Below, one piece after another: positions 1-14,068 of a stretch of DNA of 64,000 nucleotides. Source of the stretch: Saccostrea echinata (taxonomy: Eukaryota); the NCBI RefSeq assembly GCF_033153115.1, contig NW_026889777.1, forward strand, positions 13,082,001 through 13,146,000, read 5' to 3'. The translations under genes and the position numbers were made by a program. Numbering within the stretch: position 1 is the first letter of the stretch; every line of letters starts with the position of its first letter. A model generated the notes under the pieces. The model searched no databases. It saw only the letters and a program-made list of their open reading frames with translations, and had not been told where the DNA came from.

Positions 1-1229
1 AGATCATAGTACATTGATTTGAACCGAAAACGTCTTTTTTTTTCTTTTTTTTTAAATCATAATAGTTTACAACTGGAAGAGTATATTTATGTATACATTT
101 AACTTAGATGTTTAAAATATAGTGTTTATAGACAAGGGTCTTATTTCAAGATGTTTCAGTATTAGAATAATACACTTTTCATAGTGATATTTGTTTAAAT
201 TGATATCATATTCATATTAAAATTGTACAGTTTACAGCTGCATATTTGTATAGGAACTATTGTCCCTTGTTCATATATGTCTTTTACTGAGTTCTGCAGT
301 AGATTTGTTCATGAATTACAATCAGAAAAGAAAAAAATTGAACATCAGATATGTGTTTTTCAAAAACTAAAAGAAAGTGATAGTAAATAGATACATTTCA
401 TACAGGAATTTTTGACACAGAGCATAGGTGAGCTCACTGAAACATACCGATATGAAATACACTGGGTCATAATCCGAGTTAAACATAATGTACTTTTAAT
501 TCTGGTGTACACTTCCAAAACAGAAGTGAAGAGAGAATAATTTATTATACTGTGTATGTGATGCATAATCTTGTTAGATATAAATCATTTAAAGAAATTC
601 AGGGTTCATCATACCTGTGAAATCTGCAATTTTTTATTATTTATATTTATTTATTTATTTGATTTTGTGTCTATGTTATACAAATACGACCAATCTGTTT
701 AATTATTCCATTGTCTGTTGCTTAACAAATATACAACATGTAGAATACATTTTTGACTTGGAGTTAATTTAAGCAATGTACGATGTCAAAAAAAAATTCT
801 GTATGTACTAAAAGTGCATTTACAATGTAAGACAAACAAAGGCAGTTCAAGAAATATGCATAATTTTCTACCCCCAGATTGAACAGAAATTGCGATCACG
901 CGGAATTTAAACCCCGTGGAAAAAAACTTCTACATGTATAGTGCACTATCACAACTTGTTATGTACATGTGTACCGGGTATGCCTGTTTATTTTCAATAT
1001 AAAGCTTAAGGAATTGTATATTGTCATGCTTTTTTTCCTCTGTCATATGACATGGCCACATACATTTCCTTATTTGTTTATTGGATGCAATGGAAGTTTT
1101 CTTTTGTTCTTTTTTCCCTTGGGTTGATGTTTTATGGTTTTGTTCTGACCTAAGCGCAATATTGTTTGAGGCCATGTATATTTTTATATAAATAAATTAT
1201 ACACTGAAATTCGACTTGTTTTATGTATT

Positions 1230-1557
1230 ATTTAGAGAACGAGACAGGTACTGTATTAATCGTAGATACAAATTTGGGGTGGACGAGTGCGTAGCACGAG
1301 TCTCCACCCCCAAATTTGTATCTACGATACAGAACCTGTCGAGTTCTCTAAATGATTTGTGACACGATCAATCAAAAAAAAGCACCGCCCACTGTATACC
1401 TGTACAGCATCCAAACTTCTGCCAGTGTTCTATCCTTTCTGACATATTTCATTTTGTCAAATAAAATCTGCAACATGACTATTTTGTTCTCTCTGTAGAT
1501 GAGACCTCGACGTGTAGTATACATCCGCAGTATTAGCTGCAATAATGTAGCCCTCTC

Positions 1558-1593
<36 letters not shown>

Positions 1594-3206
1594 GGAGAGG
1601 GCTACAACTCCTTAGGATCTCCGTAATGGTGCAAGTGCGGGAGTGATTCACTACCGCACAGATTTCAGCTCAAATTATCAGTAAGTGGGTATTTTATTAA
1701 CATATCTTACCTGAACTCATAAAATGTAGTTATGCAGGACATGAATTGATCCAAAAATATACAGAACAATCCGTATATCGGTTATTTTTCGTGTATGTCA
1801 ACATCACAACTTGAATTTATCCGCCATGTTTACTGACCTTGATCGATTTTATTTTGGGACAACCAATGAGAATTTGGGATCTAGGGGAGCGGATCTGTAT
1901 GGAATTCCCTTATTATAAGCATAAATATCACTGTTTATGATAAAAAAAATCACGTGGAATGCTTTTATTTATCGATGTTTAGTTATATCATACTACACAA
2001 ACATTTATCAACACCGACATTTACATTATCAAGCAATTCTAAATTTCAAGCGCAAGTCTCAGTACATCACGCGAGAACTGTCATGGCTGCTGAGGTGAAC
2101 GACCGGAAAACACGCAGATTTATTTTACTTGGTTTTCGCGTATAAAGGGCTATGATGTTGATAGTGAATAAAAATTCCGTCTTATTGGAAGTAAGTTGAA
2201 TGCAAAAACAATTTATTTTGCCTGCAGTCGCCCGTATCTAAAAAATATATTTGCACCATTACGGAGATGCAGTGGAATTGTAGCCCTCTCCTGAAAATAT
2301 CAGATTAAAAAAATCGGAGAGGGCTACATTATTGCAGCTACCGCAGTATATATATTTCCACGGACGACGAAAGATTTAGTCAGATTAGTTTTTACAACGG
2401 GGTAGATGTGACAGACTTGAAGTCAGTCTTAATTGATAAGGTGGACGATTTAACCTTGTTGTAGATAGAGCTTGATCCTAATTTATTTTAAGGGTCTTAA
2501 AATCTTAGTTTAACTAGATACACATATAGGCGATACAGACAGTTTTTCGATGGACTTTGATGTTACGGATTTTATTTTCTTTTTGAAATGCAACATTAAA
2601 AACGAAGTGAAAGAGATGCGCGGCAGTCGTCAGCAATAAGGATTTAAGATGAAATTTAAAAAAAAAAAAAACCCTGATAGAATGGACTTGGTTGAGTTTG
2701 CACGAGAAGAGTGGAAAATGGGGGGAGGGGGAGTGCGAATTTCACGTAATGTATGCTGCATCCGCGAACCCATTGGCTTTACTATTTTGAAGGGGGCACA
2801 AAAAGCAGGGAAAGCAAACAGGTTTTCAGGAATTTATCCAACATAGGATGTTTTCATAATTGCGAATTTTCCTTTTCGTTTGGATCGAATTGACGTGTAG
2901 ATTCTGAGTGGAATAATTTTTTAAAAGTGATTAAGAAATTCTGACATTTTACATTCCTAAGGAAATATTTCTTCAAAATTTATAATTGGGAAAAATCAGC
3001 ATTTACTATTTGTACGTGCTTTTGATAAATTGAATCAGATTTATTTTTAGACCGTGCTGTATTTTAGATACAGTACAGTAGACTAATACAAGACAGTATA
3101 CAGGGCTAATCCAGAACGGAAAGTATCTCCGCCCACTGTTTTCCCGTTCTGTATTGCTAATACAGAACAGCAAACTTCAAAGAAAAAGACCGCAATCGTG
3201 TCACAA
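1230..3206 (+). mobile_element. Non-autonomous element with a terminal hairpin and short internal inverted repeat (Crypton-like, tentative)
   Basis: Hairpin 1230-1353 centred on GCGTAGC (1289-1295). The 12-bp ttgtgacacgat (1357-1368) is inverted at 3195-3206. Same layout as the elements at 51295, 59265 and 50561. The right boundary rests only on the 12-bp IR. Confidence 0.55.
1534..2340. mobile_element. Non-autonomous TIR DNA transposon with 9-bp TSD (AcademH- or MULE-like)
   Basis: Perfect 25-bp TIR tagctgcaataatgtagccctctcc, extending imperfectly to ~100 bp. Direct repeat ccgcagtat at 1525-1533 and 2341-2349. TAG...CTA termini. Confidence 0.85.
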
Positions 3207-3669
3207 TCGAATGGTAAGTTAAAATAGACCAATTCAGAAACTTTTGGAACATATATTAAAGAGGATCCTTTGATTTGATTATTGATATTTTCATATAGAA
3301 AAAAACCCAAATGTCTGTGTGTACACTCAACAAATGTATTTATGTTTTGAAAATTCAGTAAGAGTACCTGTTTATTTTCACCCAGGCTTATTTCTTATAC
3401 GCGTTTACTTTATTTGTTTGTATGTTGTTTAACGTCCCTCTCGAGAATTTTTCACTCATACGGAGACTTTTCATAGCACATCACCGTTATTTGTTGGGAA
3501 AATCGAATTTTACATTAAATAATCAAACATAATAAGCGCAAATAATAAATATTTCTACTTAAGTGAAATCGGAATATCACCTATTTTTTCCCCTGACCCT
3601 TAAAATGAAAAAATATTTTTCAAATAGAAGGTACAGATAAAAGCAGATTGCATTATACATCACCATATT

Positions 3670-3970
3670 AGATACAGATTTATGTTATAAATCACAATAG
3701 AGACAAATTCATGTTATAAACCAAAAGAAATACAGATCTGTGTTATAAACCACAATAGATACAGATTTGTGCTATAGAGCACAATATGTACAGATTTGTA
3801 TTATTTATAACAAGAAATACAGATCTATGTTATAAACCACAATATATACAGATTTGTGTTATAAAGCATAGTATATACAGATTTGTGTTATAAACCACAA
3901 GAAATACAGAGTTGTGTTATAAACCACAGACAGATATGTGTTATAAATCACAATAGATAGAGATCTGTAA
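3670..3970. repeat. Minisatellite, ~26-28 bp unit
   Basis: About 10 degenerate copies of tacagatttgtgttataaaccacaa(tag/gaa)a. Confidence 0.85.
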
Positions 3971-5262
3971 ATATGTATCTATTGTATTAAACAGAGATGT
4001 GCTGAAATTTCTAACAGACACATTTGTAGTTTTGCTCTTTCTTGCAACATAATTTGGGGTCACACGACTGTCACAGAAAATTGTTCGCTTATAGTCCGTA
4101 TATTGTGATATAGATATTTAACACATGAGAACGCGCTATCTCTCTTGATCTCAAATAATTTGACAAATAATGGCAGGTTGTTTATATACACAAATAGCTT
4201 AAGACCCAGATTCGGATACTATAATCTATCCTTCACAGTTTCAACAGAGATTCTAATCTCATTAAGTAATGTTTTATCTTCACTAACTCTGGTCTCTTCT
4301 TCCCGTTTATTCTCTGTCTGTACATCTTTGTTAGCGTCCTCCTTAGAGACACTTTAGTTTATTTATGTAAACGTAATATGTATTTCACTTGTATCAACAG
4401 TCCATTTTCCTTTCAATTTCCATTCCTTTTGGTATTTTTCCCTTTTTGCCATTTTTTCTTTAAACTATAGGACTAACATATAGAATTCAAACAGTAAACT
4501 TGCTATCTGTTATAAAGGCTTCTATGTTCATTGTCGTTCTCTCAGAGCTTATACTGGCCTGAGTTAGCTCTAATCAAATTGCCATCTGATATCCAATGGC
4601 AAAGATTCATTTGCTGCTGGTTATATGTCTAGCATATTTTTTTTTTTGGGGGGGGGGGGACTTGATAGCTTGTAAGAAAGTTCTGAGCGGGTAATTTCTT
4701 CTGACTGGAAATGGAATCCCCCTAAAAAAAATCCCCTGTAATCACTCCTTGAGTTTTCTATCCTTACCTTTATCTCTATAAGCTAGAAGTACTTTGTCAG
4801 CTTTCTGGTCTTATTTTCCCTTTAAAGTTTTCTGTGTTTGAATCTGTCCTTTTGACAGGAAATACCCCTCAATCTATACAGTGTACTATACTCCTTCTAT
4901 CTTAATTCTTATGCTTCCATGCTTCTCTATAATGCTGTTTTTGTTTTACAGTTTCTCGTGTTTTCCGTTTTTCATTTTCTTCACTTTCATAGGTGTCTCT
5001 CGTGGTATCTCTATTGCTAATCCGAATAAAACTGGTGACGATAACAAGCAGTAATCAATCTCATAATTCTTACACATATAGTCAATGTAAATGGAGAGCA
5101 GGGCAAATAATAGTATTGATTCGATCCATATAAGGTGTTCATACTTTCTTCAAATTATATTCTATATAGTGCAGGTTTCCCTTAAGTGTGTTTTAGCATA
5201 GGGGCTTGTCTTCCGGATTGTGAAATGTAAAATAAATTTTAAAAATTTTGAATCTTCTTTAA

Positions 5263-5645
5263 GGACCCTCTATACACTAGAGAAAAATATTTTTTGGACA
5301 TTGAGAAAATTATAGTGTGTAAAGGTGTAAGTATTGAGCTTGTCTATCACCTTTTCAGCATAGGGTGCCTTGCATTTACCCCAAGGAAAAATGTTCAAAG
5401 ACAATGAAGTACTGATGAGCATAAATCACTGTTGTTTAATTAAGTGGGCAAAATACCTGCAAATGAAGTGTTCTATCTATTCATCTTGGCCTATTAAAGT
5501 GTTATGAATGCTTGATTTGATCACAAATTAAGTAATAAACTGTACATTTCAATTTATTTTATTCTTGATCAAAGGGCAGATCACTCTATCAGCATAAAAA
5601 TACCACAAAATCAGAACTCTTCAGTGTGCAGTGTATAGAGGGCTC
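5263..5645. mobile_element. TTAA-flanked MITE (Kolobok-like)
   Basis: TTAA at 5259-5262 and 5646-5649. TIR ggaccctctatacact / agtgtatagagggctc. Confidence 0.75.
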
Positions 5646-7016
5646 TTAAATACACTTAAAAGTTGTTAAAATAGATATTCTGACACTTTCAGTCAAGAAA
5701 AACCACGTTTAAAATAGACGTACCACACCTATATACATAAACTTCAGATTTTCAATCCTCAACTTTTCTTATTCATGTAGTAATATTTCACTACCACCTG
5801 CAAATGGTATTTATGTCTCCCAACTTACGCATTTGGCAATGCTCCGAGAACGATCAATTTTTAAACCAAGGCAGGATACTGACAAATAAGTTGACGTTAC
5901 AGGAATTTTAACAAACTCCTTTAAAACCAGCATTTTCAGAAAATTCTTTGCTTGTTTTAATGTCCTTGTTTGCAAATACATCCTATCACTGAGTCGTATT
6001 TTGACTGACATTCATGTATTTCATACCAAATGTTTTGTCGATGACTACGGATTACTTCTATATATAGACGTAAGACACGTCGACAGGGGATGCATTCTCC
6101 TCTTAGGCACAGGTCTTATGTCTGGAATTTCCAGGAGTCTTTGATTAATTATGCCCTCTTCACATATTTGCATTGCATTTTTTTTAAATATTTGTTTTAT
6201 TAGATTCATCACAATTCCTTATCTTCGCCTTTCTACTTTTATATGTGGACGTATTACAAACATTGCCTTCCCAATACTTTCAATATCATTTTTTTAATCT
6301 GCAGTCTGATAATGCTGATGAAGTTTATTTTGACCATGCTGCTCGGATGCCACAGCAGGTGGTCTCATCTTTTGTAGCCAAGTTAATTCGGTCAGTTATG
6401 TCATTTACTTGCTGGGGAATGGATCGAGAAGGGCGAATAGATTGAAACAGAACGAACGAGACGTTGAAAAGATTTAACTGTAAGTGTGTATGTTAATTCT
6501 TCCCTAAATGAATATTCTTACATGTAAATCAATCAGCTGTTTTAGGCAATATAGTTATGAGAGCACACTTTAAAAAATTCGATGCATGACAGCAATGTCA
6601 GTTAATTATAGAAATTTTCCCATGCATGCACGCATACAAAAGGGTTAAGCTGTTTGGTTACCGAAAGTCATATATTTATTAGACTAAGTATATAACTTAA
6701 CGAAAGAGTATATGATAACCAAATAGACTTGTGCTTAACACACACGTCTGATCCATGTAGTCTGGAGCTATGATGAAAATTTGTCCAGATTCTATTTCCT
6801 GTTCTTATTTTTGGCATAAAATGCGACAAGCTAGGATTCTCTGAATTTTAAAGAAATCCTCGTGAACATACCAGGCCCCTAGAACGGGGGGAGGGGGGGG
6901 GGAGGGAGGAGGGGGGCTCCCCCCCAATTTTTGAGTATAATATTTTGTTATTGTAAATTTTCCTTTAGATGCTGCCCCCCCCCCAATTTTTTTGGTTTGA
7001 AGGTCGAGCACTAGCA

Positions 7017-7152
7017 NNNNNNNNNNNNNNNNNNNNNNNNNNNNNNNNNNNNNNNNNNNNNNNNNNNNNNNNNNNNNNNNNNNNNNNNNNNNNNNNNNNN
7101 NNNNNNNNNNNNNNNNNNNNNNNNNNNNNNNNNNNNNNNNNNNNNNNNNNNN
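7017..7152. other. Assembly gap
   Basis: Run of N, flanked by G/C-homopolymer-rich MITE-like sequence. Confidence 0.99.
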
Positions 7153-8090
7153 CCTCCCCCCCCCCTTTTAGGTCAATTTAGGGTTTTTTTGTTTTTGTTT
7201 TTTTTTTTTGTTGTTTTTTTTTTTTTTTTTTTTTTGGTTTTGGTTTTGGTTTTTTTGCTTGTCGGATTTTCTTTTTGGAAAGTTGCCCCCCTTTTTTTAA
7301 AACCATTGCTACGCATGTTGCATACAATTGATGTGGAAGCAAAATGAAAGTCGTTAAATGAAAAAAATTATGTAATCCCTGTAGATTCTATGTCGATCTT
7401 CAATGAATAATTTAATGATTAGTATATGAATGTAATTCTAATAAGTTTAAAAGGTCATGAGATATATGACCTGATATACTTTCCACCCCAGAAAATTAAA
7501 AAATCCCTAGGTTTACTTCAATTTTTTGCGGCCGAGAAGACTTCGATCTATTCATTGTTTAATTCAGATAAAAGTTCAGTAAAAATTATACAGAAGCATA
7601 AGTTTGCCATTATTGAAATTTCAGGCACTGAATCGTGGACTGTATGCACTTACATATGTGTGTGATACATGTACATGTTTGTACGTATGTATGCACATAC
7701 ATGTAGATAACAGGTATCGGGGAGGTGTCCTCCTTTTTTCCCAAACATTACTTTTTACTATTGAAAAGTTTCATTGAAATGGCAGTTGCCCCCCCCCCCC
7801 ACTTTCAATAGTACAACTCTTTCTTTCTTAAATTGTTTGTAAGTATATTATATGACATGTATATGACAATATAAGAGCCTGTACAATGTACTTTCTTTTT
7901 GTCCGTTGAGGGTCCATAACTGGTCAATAAACTGATTGAATTATTTCATTTAAAGCCTAATTAAAAAAAAATATACATATTTTGTTTTTTATTTATTTAA
8001 TTCAGGCGTTATTTAAATCTCCGTGTAGACTTACAATCCTTCATACACAAGTCGGTATATAAAGTTACTACATCTAAGGTCAACGATAAA

Positions 8091-8207
8091 GGAAATTCCA
8101 GTTCTATAAATAACTCCTTGATCAATGAATGCGAGTCTAGACTGGCGATATCTTTCTATATATACAGGGAAGAAAAAAGGTATACTTCACAATCGTCTTT
8201 CTCCGAG
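8091..8207 (+). promoter_or_regulatory. Candidate promoter and 5' UTR exon of the UBC gene
   Basis: GGAAATTCC at 8091-8099, TATAAATA at 8105-8112, donor GAG|GTAGGT at 8207/8208. The first coding exon has an acceptor (ttttgcag, 9797-9798) upstream of its ATG, implying an upstream UTR exon. Confidence 0.4.
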
Positions 8208-8655
8208 GTAGGTACTGGTGTGATGTAGCCTTTCACCATTTGCATTGTGTTTAATTTTAGACTTTCTATATCTGTATTTGAAATGTACATCGATGTTGGC
8301 TGTGAAGGTAAGAAGGGGCGTGTCAATCTGGAGCCATACATGTGTAGTGTATAGCTCAATGTTTCGTACACGTGCACTAACACTATTAGATTGTGTTTCT
8401 AATACGGCCTTTACTTAATAACATTAACAGTAGAGTAAAAAGTATTTGGGTAAAAGAAATATTTATTTATGATTATTGCTCCTCTTGAGAAATACAAGGA
8501 TAGGGTTAAAGGAAAACAGTACGTACATATATTTGTATAATACTGATACGAGTTAAGATACCCTGATAACTTCACGTACACGTCCCATAATCTAAAGCTA
8601 CAGTACTGAAACTTAACAGAGTGCAGTACGTATTTCACCATATCCATTGACACAT

Positions 8656-8834
8656 TACGGAAGCCGGTTGGTGCTAGGTAGAAAAAAATATTTTATCTGG
8701 CGGCCGCCAAATAAATAACTGGCGGCCGCCAGATAAATATTTGGCGGCCGTTTTTTAATGTGGCGGCCGCTAGATAATTATCTGGCGGCCGCCAGATAAA
8801 ATATTTTTTTGCCTGGCACCTACCGGCTTTCATA
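8656..8834. mobile_element. MITE with TAYGG-type termini and 6-bp TSD (IS3EU-like), with internal GGCGGCCGC repeats
   Basis: TSD acacat at 8650-8655 and 8835-8840. TIR tacggaagccggt / accggctttcata. Five tggcggccg units inside. Confidence 0.8.
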
Positions 8835-9325
8835 ACACATTGTGCAGGTACTGAAAAAAAATCAATATTTCTTTTTGTGCAGTTAAAAAGAAATAGTCAA
8901 AAGACTTCTTTAAATAACGTTCTGTATTTAAAATATGCCAGGCGTGCGTTTGGTTTATGCATTATTACATAACACATTTTTTTTCTGCACCTGGCAATTT
9001 TTTTGTCGAAGCATGAGGTTACATGCATAATATTATCATAATTAGCAAAACAAATCCACCTGTGATGCTGAAAATGGAGAAGTAGGAAAATAACTTTGTT
9101 TCATTTCCACGATCATTTTTTGAGTGAGTATATATGGAACACACACCCTCCACCCCCCCCCCCCCCACCCCTACTGGAACAAATACCTGTATCCGGACAT
9201 GACGATACATGCATTAAAAAACTCAACTCTTTTTTAATGTGGAATGCAATTGAATTTTTAAACAACACGCTTAATTGTAGATCTCTATTCTTCAAGATTT
9301 TCCTATAGCAACGAATATGTATGGA

Positions 9326-9598
9326 AAGCCAATTGGTTCAAAATTCCAACTTCGTAATTACCTGAAAGATTAATTTGTAGCCAGTCTAGTATTTTATCTT
9401 TTTATATTTTACAAATTTATTATAATTTTACAACATAACATGATAGGTGTTAAAAGTATATTATAAAAACGCATTGTGCAATTTGTACACATACAATTGC
9501 GATTTGTCTAATAAAACAATTGAAAAGCTCAGACTTTTCATTCAAACTTTGAACATGTAAGGAAGTACAGAGTTGAAATTTTGAACCATTTGGCTTTG
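9326..9598. mobile_element. MITE
   Basis: Inverted repeat aaagccaattggttcaaaattccaact / agttgaaattttgaaccatttggcttt. Confidence 0.6.
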
Positions 9599-9823
9599 TA
9601 TAATTATGAAGTGATTGAAGTAATATCCTTTAGTTATAATTTTTAAAGTAAGTCCACTACATAGTAATATGTTCCTTAGTCCCTTCGCACGCCCTCGACT
9701 CGGATCCAAACGATTGCAAGAGCACTCGGTCGTTATCCTTTATACATGTTCTGCAAAGTAAATAATACGCTTTATTTATCTAAAATCGATTTTTGCAGGT
9801 TTTGTAATTGAAAATTAAAAAAG

Positions 9824-12800
9824 ATGGCGGTAAATCAACAAAGAAAGCGAGCAATGAAGCGCCTTATGCAGGACTATGAAGAACTGCAGAGGGAACCCGT
9901 CGAGAACGTATCAGCCATGCCTCTAGACGCCAACGTATTTGAATGGCACTGCAACTTCAAGCACGATGACATCATATACCACCTCATTTTATTTTTCACC
10001 GAAAAATACCCGTATGACTCTCCAAGCGCAGAGTTTGTTCCCGTAGGTTTCCGCTACAACAGTGGCGCCACCATGCCGGGAAAGGTTGGAACTAAAGTGT
10101 GTTTGAATATCTTTTCTGACTTTGCTTATATTCACACTGAATGGAAAGATGAAAAATCTGTTGGCTGGTCTCCCGGATATACCGTACAGACCATTCTTCT
10201 TAATGTGGTGGCTTTCCTGGCGGAGACACAGTCGGGTGACTACGCTTGGATGAAGGACGCGTCGGACCATAACCGAAAGATTTCGAAAGGATTCAAATGT
10301 GATTGTGGTCACACTTATGCGAAACCACTTCCGGCATTTGACGCGGGTAAACCCGAAAAAAGCGGGAAGAAAACAGACAAAAAAGGCAAGCAAACTAAAG
10401 CGGCAGCAAGTGGCGAATCTGTGCCAGACATAATAGATTATGCTTCAAAGGAGCGTTTTGACAAATCAGTAAAACCAAAGTCGAACGATGATCTGTTTGG
10501 ATACGGTTTAATAGTATCAGGTCCCCCACATAGACCAGCTCTCACAACACCCTGCGAATTCATTAAACTGGAATCGTTCGAAGCAATGAAAAAAGCAATA
10601 GGCACTGTCAAAAGTGTTATGAAGGAAGATATCAAATTCTTCCTCCCAATGTATATCACTCCCAACCATGGCTCTATGATTAAAGAGACTTTTGAGAAAT
10701 GCTTAAACGAGGTGGCAGCTATTTTACCAAAATGTAAGCCAAACAAAACTCCCCTTAAGGACCTCATCATTAAGGTCATACCGAACTTGATGAGCGCCAC
10801 AGTGGTGGAATTTTCTAAAGGGACACAACACACAAGCGAAAACAGTCTTAACGGCTACTTTTCTCTACATAGATTGTTTCTGTGGGCACTGGACACGTAC
10901 CCTGAATTACAGGAGGAGATCGACTCCAGACTAAAGGTTTATTTAATCGCTATTTCTTAAGTTATCTGATCATTAACCAGTAAACATGTGTATTTACAAA
11001 CACATCTTTTCAAATCACTTGAAGTCTTACTACATGTATAAATACCTCTAGGTTTTTATCGATGACGTGAGTGAAAGAAGCAAAAAGGCATGTCCGCACA
11101 TTGGAGAATGGTTGATGCTTCTAGCAGCTTCATTCAAGTACAGGTTGGTATCCGATTTTGGAATATCCTTAATCAGGAACATTTTTGACGTACAAAATAT
11201 CAAGGAAAAAAGGTATAAATACAAATTAGTTCCAGTACGGGTATTAATTTGTCAATTCATTGTAGGTGGCAGGATGCTGCTTGGGCTTATCTGTCAGAAA
11301 GCTTCAAGAGAAACGTTATGTGGTACGTCAAAGAGGACGCTAAACTGGGCATGCTCGACACTGACAAAGACTATCGCATCCGGGAAACACTTCAGAGGAC
11401 TCTGGTTAGCCGGAAGCTGTTAGCCTTCCAGGTAAGTTGGCGGCTTCTAATAAGTCTTCGTAGTGGACAAATATATCATTTATTTGACATATATACTGGG
11501 AATTTAAACTATGTTAAAATGAAAGGTTATGTATGTTTTAATGACATTGTATACGAATCAACATTTTACCGTCTATTCGCTGGAAAGTTGTAATAAAATG
11601 CATATTATATTACTTTAAAGAGAAAATGGTGGGGGAGGGGACGGAATCTGGAAAATCTTAATGTTGTCCATCCTTTGGCGTTCTTTTAATCAGCAATTAA
11701 CTAAGACATTTAAAAATTCACAAAATAGCTCTCTCAATTTACCCATTGATGTATTAAAATTGAGAGACCTAAAGTGTTCCTTTTCATAATATTACAAAAA
11801 ATAATTCTGAGTAACGTTATAATATATAAATGTTAATTTGAAGAGTTATTGATCCTTGCTGAGGAAGTTACATCCTTGAATTAAATACTTTTTGTCCATT
11901 GCAGTTAATGTAGTGCAAATATAAAATAAATCACTTGTTTTAAATTTTGTTCTCATAGCCTTAAATAATACTGTTTATTTAACAGGTGCTCTTTCTGGAC
12001 ATTGCCATGCCCAAAGGAAAATCGAAAGCAGACCTGGTCAAGCGATACGATAATAACTTAGGCTTCCCTACGGAAGAAATGGTGAAACAGATGAAGGAAT
12101 CTGTCCAGCTCATCAATAACATGAAAACCTACTCTGATTGGTTTAACGTAAGTCATGTGACAATAATTCTTAGAAGTGAGATTTACCCTTATTAGTTAGG
12201 TAACTATGCCCAGGTTTCCAGTATACTATATTAATATGCAAAATCCACATACATGTCTTAAAAATAATTGAATACATTGATCCAATAAGAAGCTGTGAAG
12301 TATATCGAAAACTGGAATTAAATTGGTGCATACCAATGTGTTAAAGAATATTACATGTACATGTATATGGCTGAAAAAATTATTATGTATATTTTTTAAA
12401 GCTATATATGGCGTATCTGAGCTAAAAAATAAAAATAAGAGACTGAGTGTAGATAAACATGATATATGTTATTTACATTCAATTTAAATTTTCACCGATT
12501 TTGAACTTGAATAACCTCACGTTTCTATGGTCAAATTGACCTTAAACTATGGAACGCCGGGACTGTCTTATATGAGGATTAAACATTATATGCAGTGTTC
12601 TCTTCATTATATGTGGTATTATTTTAATTATATGAAGTAGTTTTTACAGTTTATCGTGTGCAACTTCCATTATATACAGTACTTCTTTCATTATATGATG
12701 TAGATGTGTCATTATATTATGTACATCTATCATTATATGAGGTGTTTTTATCATTATATGAGGTGCTTTTAACATTATATGCGGTAGATCTACCATTATA

Positions 12801-14025
12801 TGAAGTGAACACAACAATATATTATGTACTTCTCACATTTTATACAGTATATTCATCATGATATGTAGTATTTCTGTTATTATGATGATGCTGATCGTTA
12901 AATATTATGTCCGGTCCTGTTAGCATTCCGTGCGGTAGATTTTGCATTTCGTTATGATGTAGACACAGTATTATATGCGGTGCTTTCTTCTTTATGTGTA
13001 TGATCTTTCGGAAGCTACCTTTCGGAACTCTCTGTTAAAAATTCAGTACCTTGAGAACTCCGACCTTTCCTGTTGAATTCAGTACAATAAAAGCCTGCGT
13101 ATATAACAATTAATGCTCCGTGAACAGGTTAAAATGTTTTTTTAAAGATATGAAGTAGGGTAATAGAGTAAAATAAAATCCATTCTATTACATGGTATGA
13201 AGTAAAGAGAGAGAGGGGGGTTGATGATAGAAATATTTTCGGAGTGGAAAAAAATTTGAGGCATTTTCTATCTTTTTTGTGAACATTATGACTTTCAAAA
13301 AGAGTCATATCATATATAGGACAATCAATGTCAAAAAAGATAATAAAAAACAGGGGCGTCGGCAAGAATTTGACGTTGGGGAGGCGAACTGGATCGAAAA
13401 GGGGGGAGGGGTCCTAACCAACTAAAATAAGACTTCAGCCAAAATCTTGATATTTTTATTTTCTGATTAATAAAGAACAATTAAACATGCAACCAAAATA
13501 AAATGTTTTATGTGATTTAAGTTATATTTACTATAGATTTAAAAAACCGGAATATTTTTAATTAGCTAGGAGCTGGTGTTTGTTTGTTTGTTTGTTTGTT
13601 TTTTTTGTTTGTTTGTTTTTTTCGAAACGGCATAGAAAGAACTTTGAAGGGTTTATGAGGTAAAGATTAAAATACATATAATTTTCTATTATTGTATAAT
13701 ATTTTTTGTTACTCGCCGAAAGAATGCATAGTTATGAAATTAAAAATGAACAGGGTGATTAATCCTTCATAATCCCCCCATTTTTGAAATGCAGAAATGT
13801 GTATGACATTAAAAAAAATCATCTGAAGTTGTTTTAAATAGTATTTGTTACCCAGTATTTTAGTATATTGCTTTAATTTTAATAGCTTACAACTTCGATT
13901 CATCAAAGATTTCCAAACATCGATAGACCAGTTCATTAGACAATGAACAGGCCTGTTATACGCGGGGGGAAGGTGTCAGGAAGGGGTGCTCTAATTTTTG
14001 ACCTATTTCTCCACTTTTTCTGAGA

Positions 14026-14068
<43 letters not shown>

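Noticed and set aside
3410-3468. Fragment resembling a bivalve SINE end (also ~6075-6140)
   Set aside because: Too short and degenerate to classify without a library search.
4100-5100. Purine-rich - strand stretch resembling decayed coding or LINE ORF1 sequence
   Set aside because: No recognisable motif or sustained reading frame.
9989-10833. Antisense ORFs of 134 and 131 aa
   Set aside because: Shadow frames of the UBC exon.
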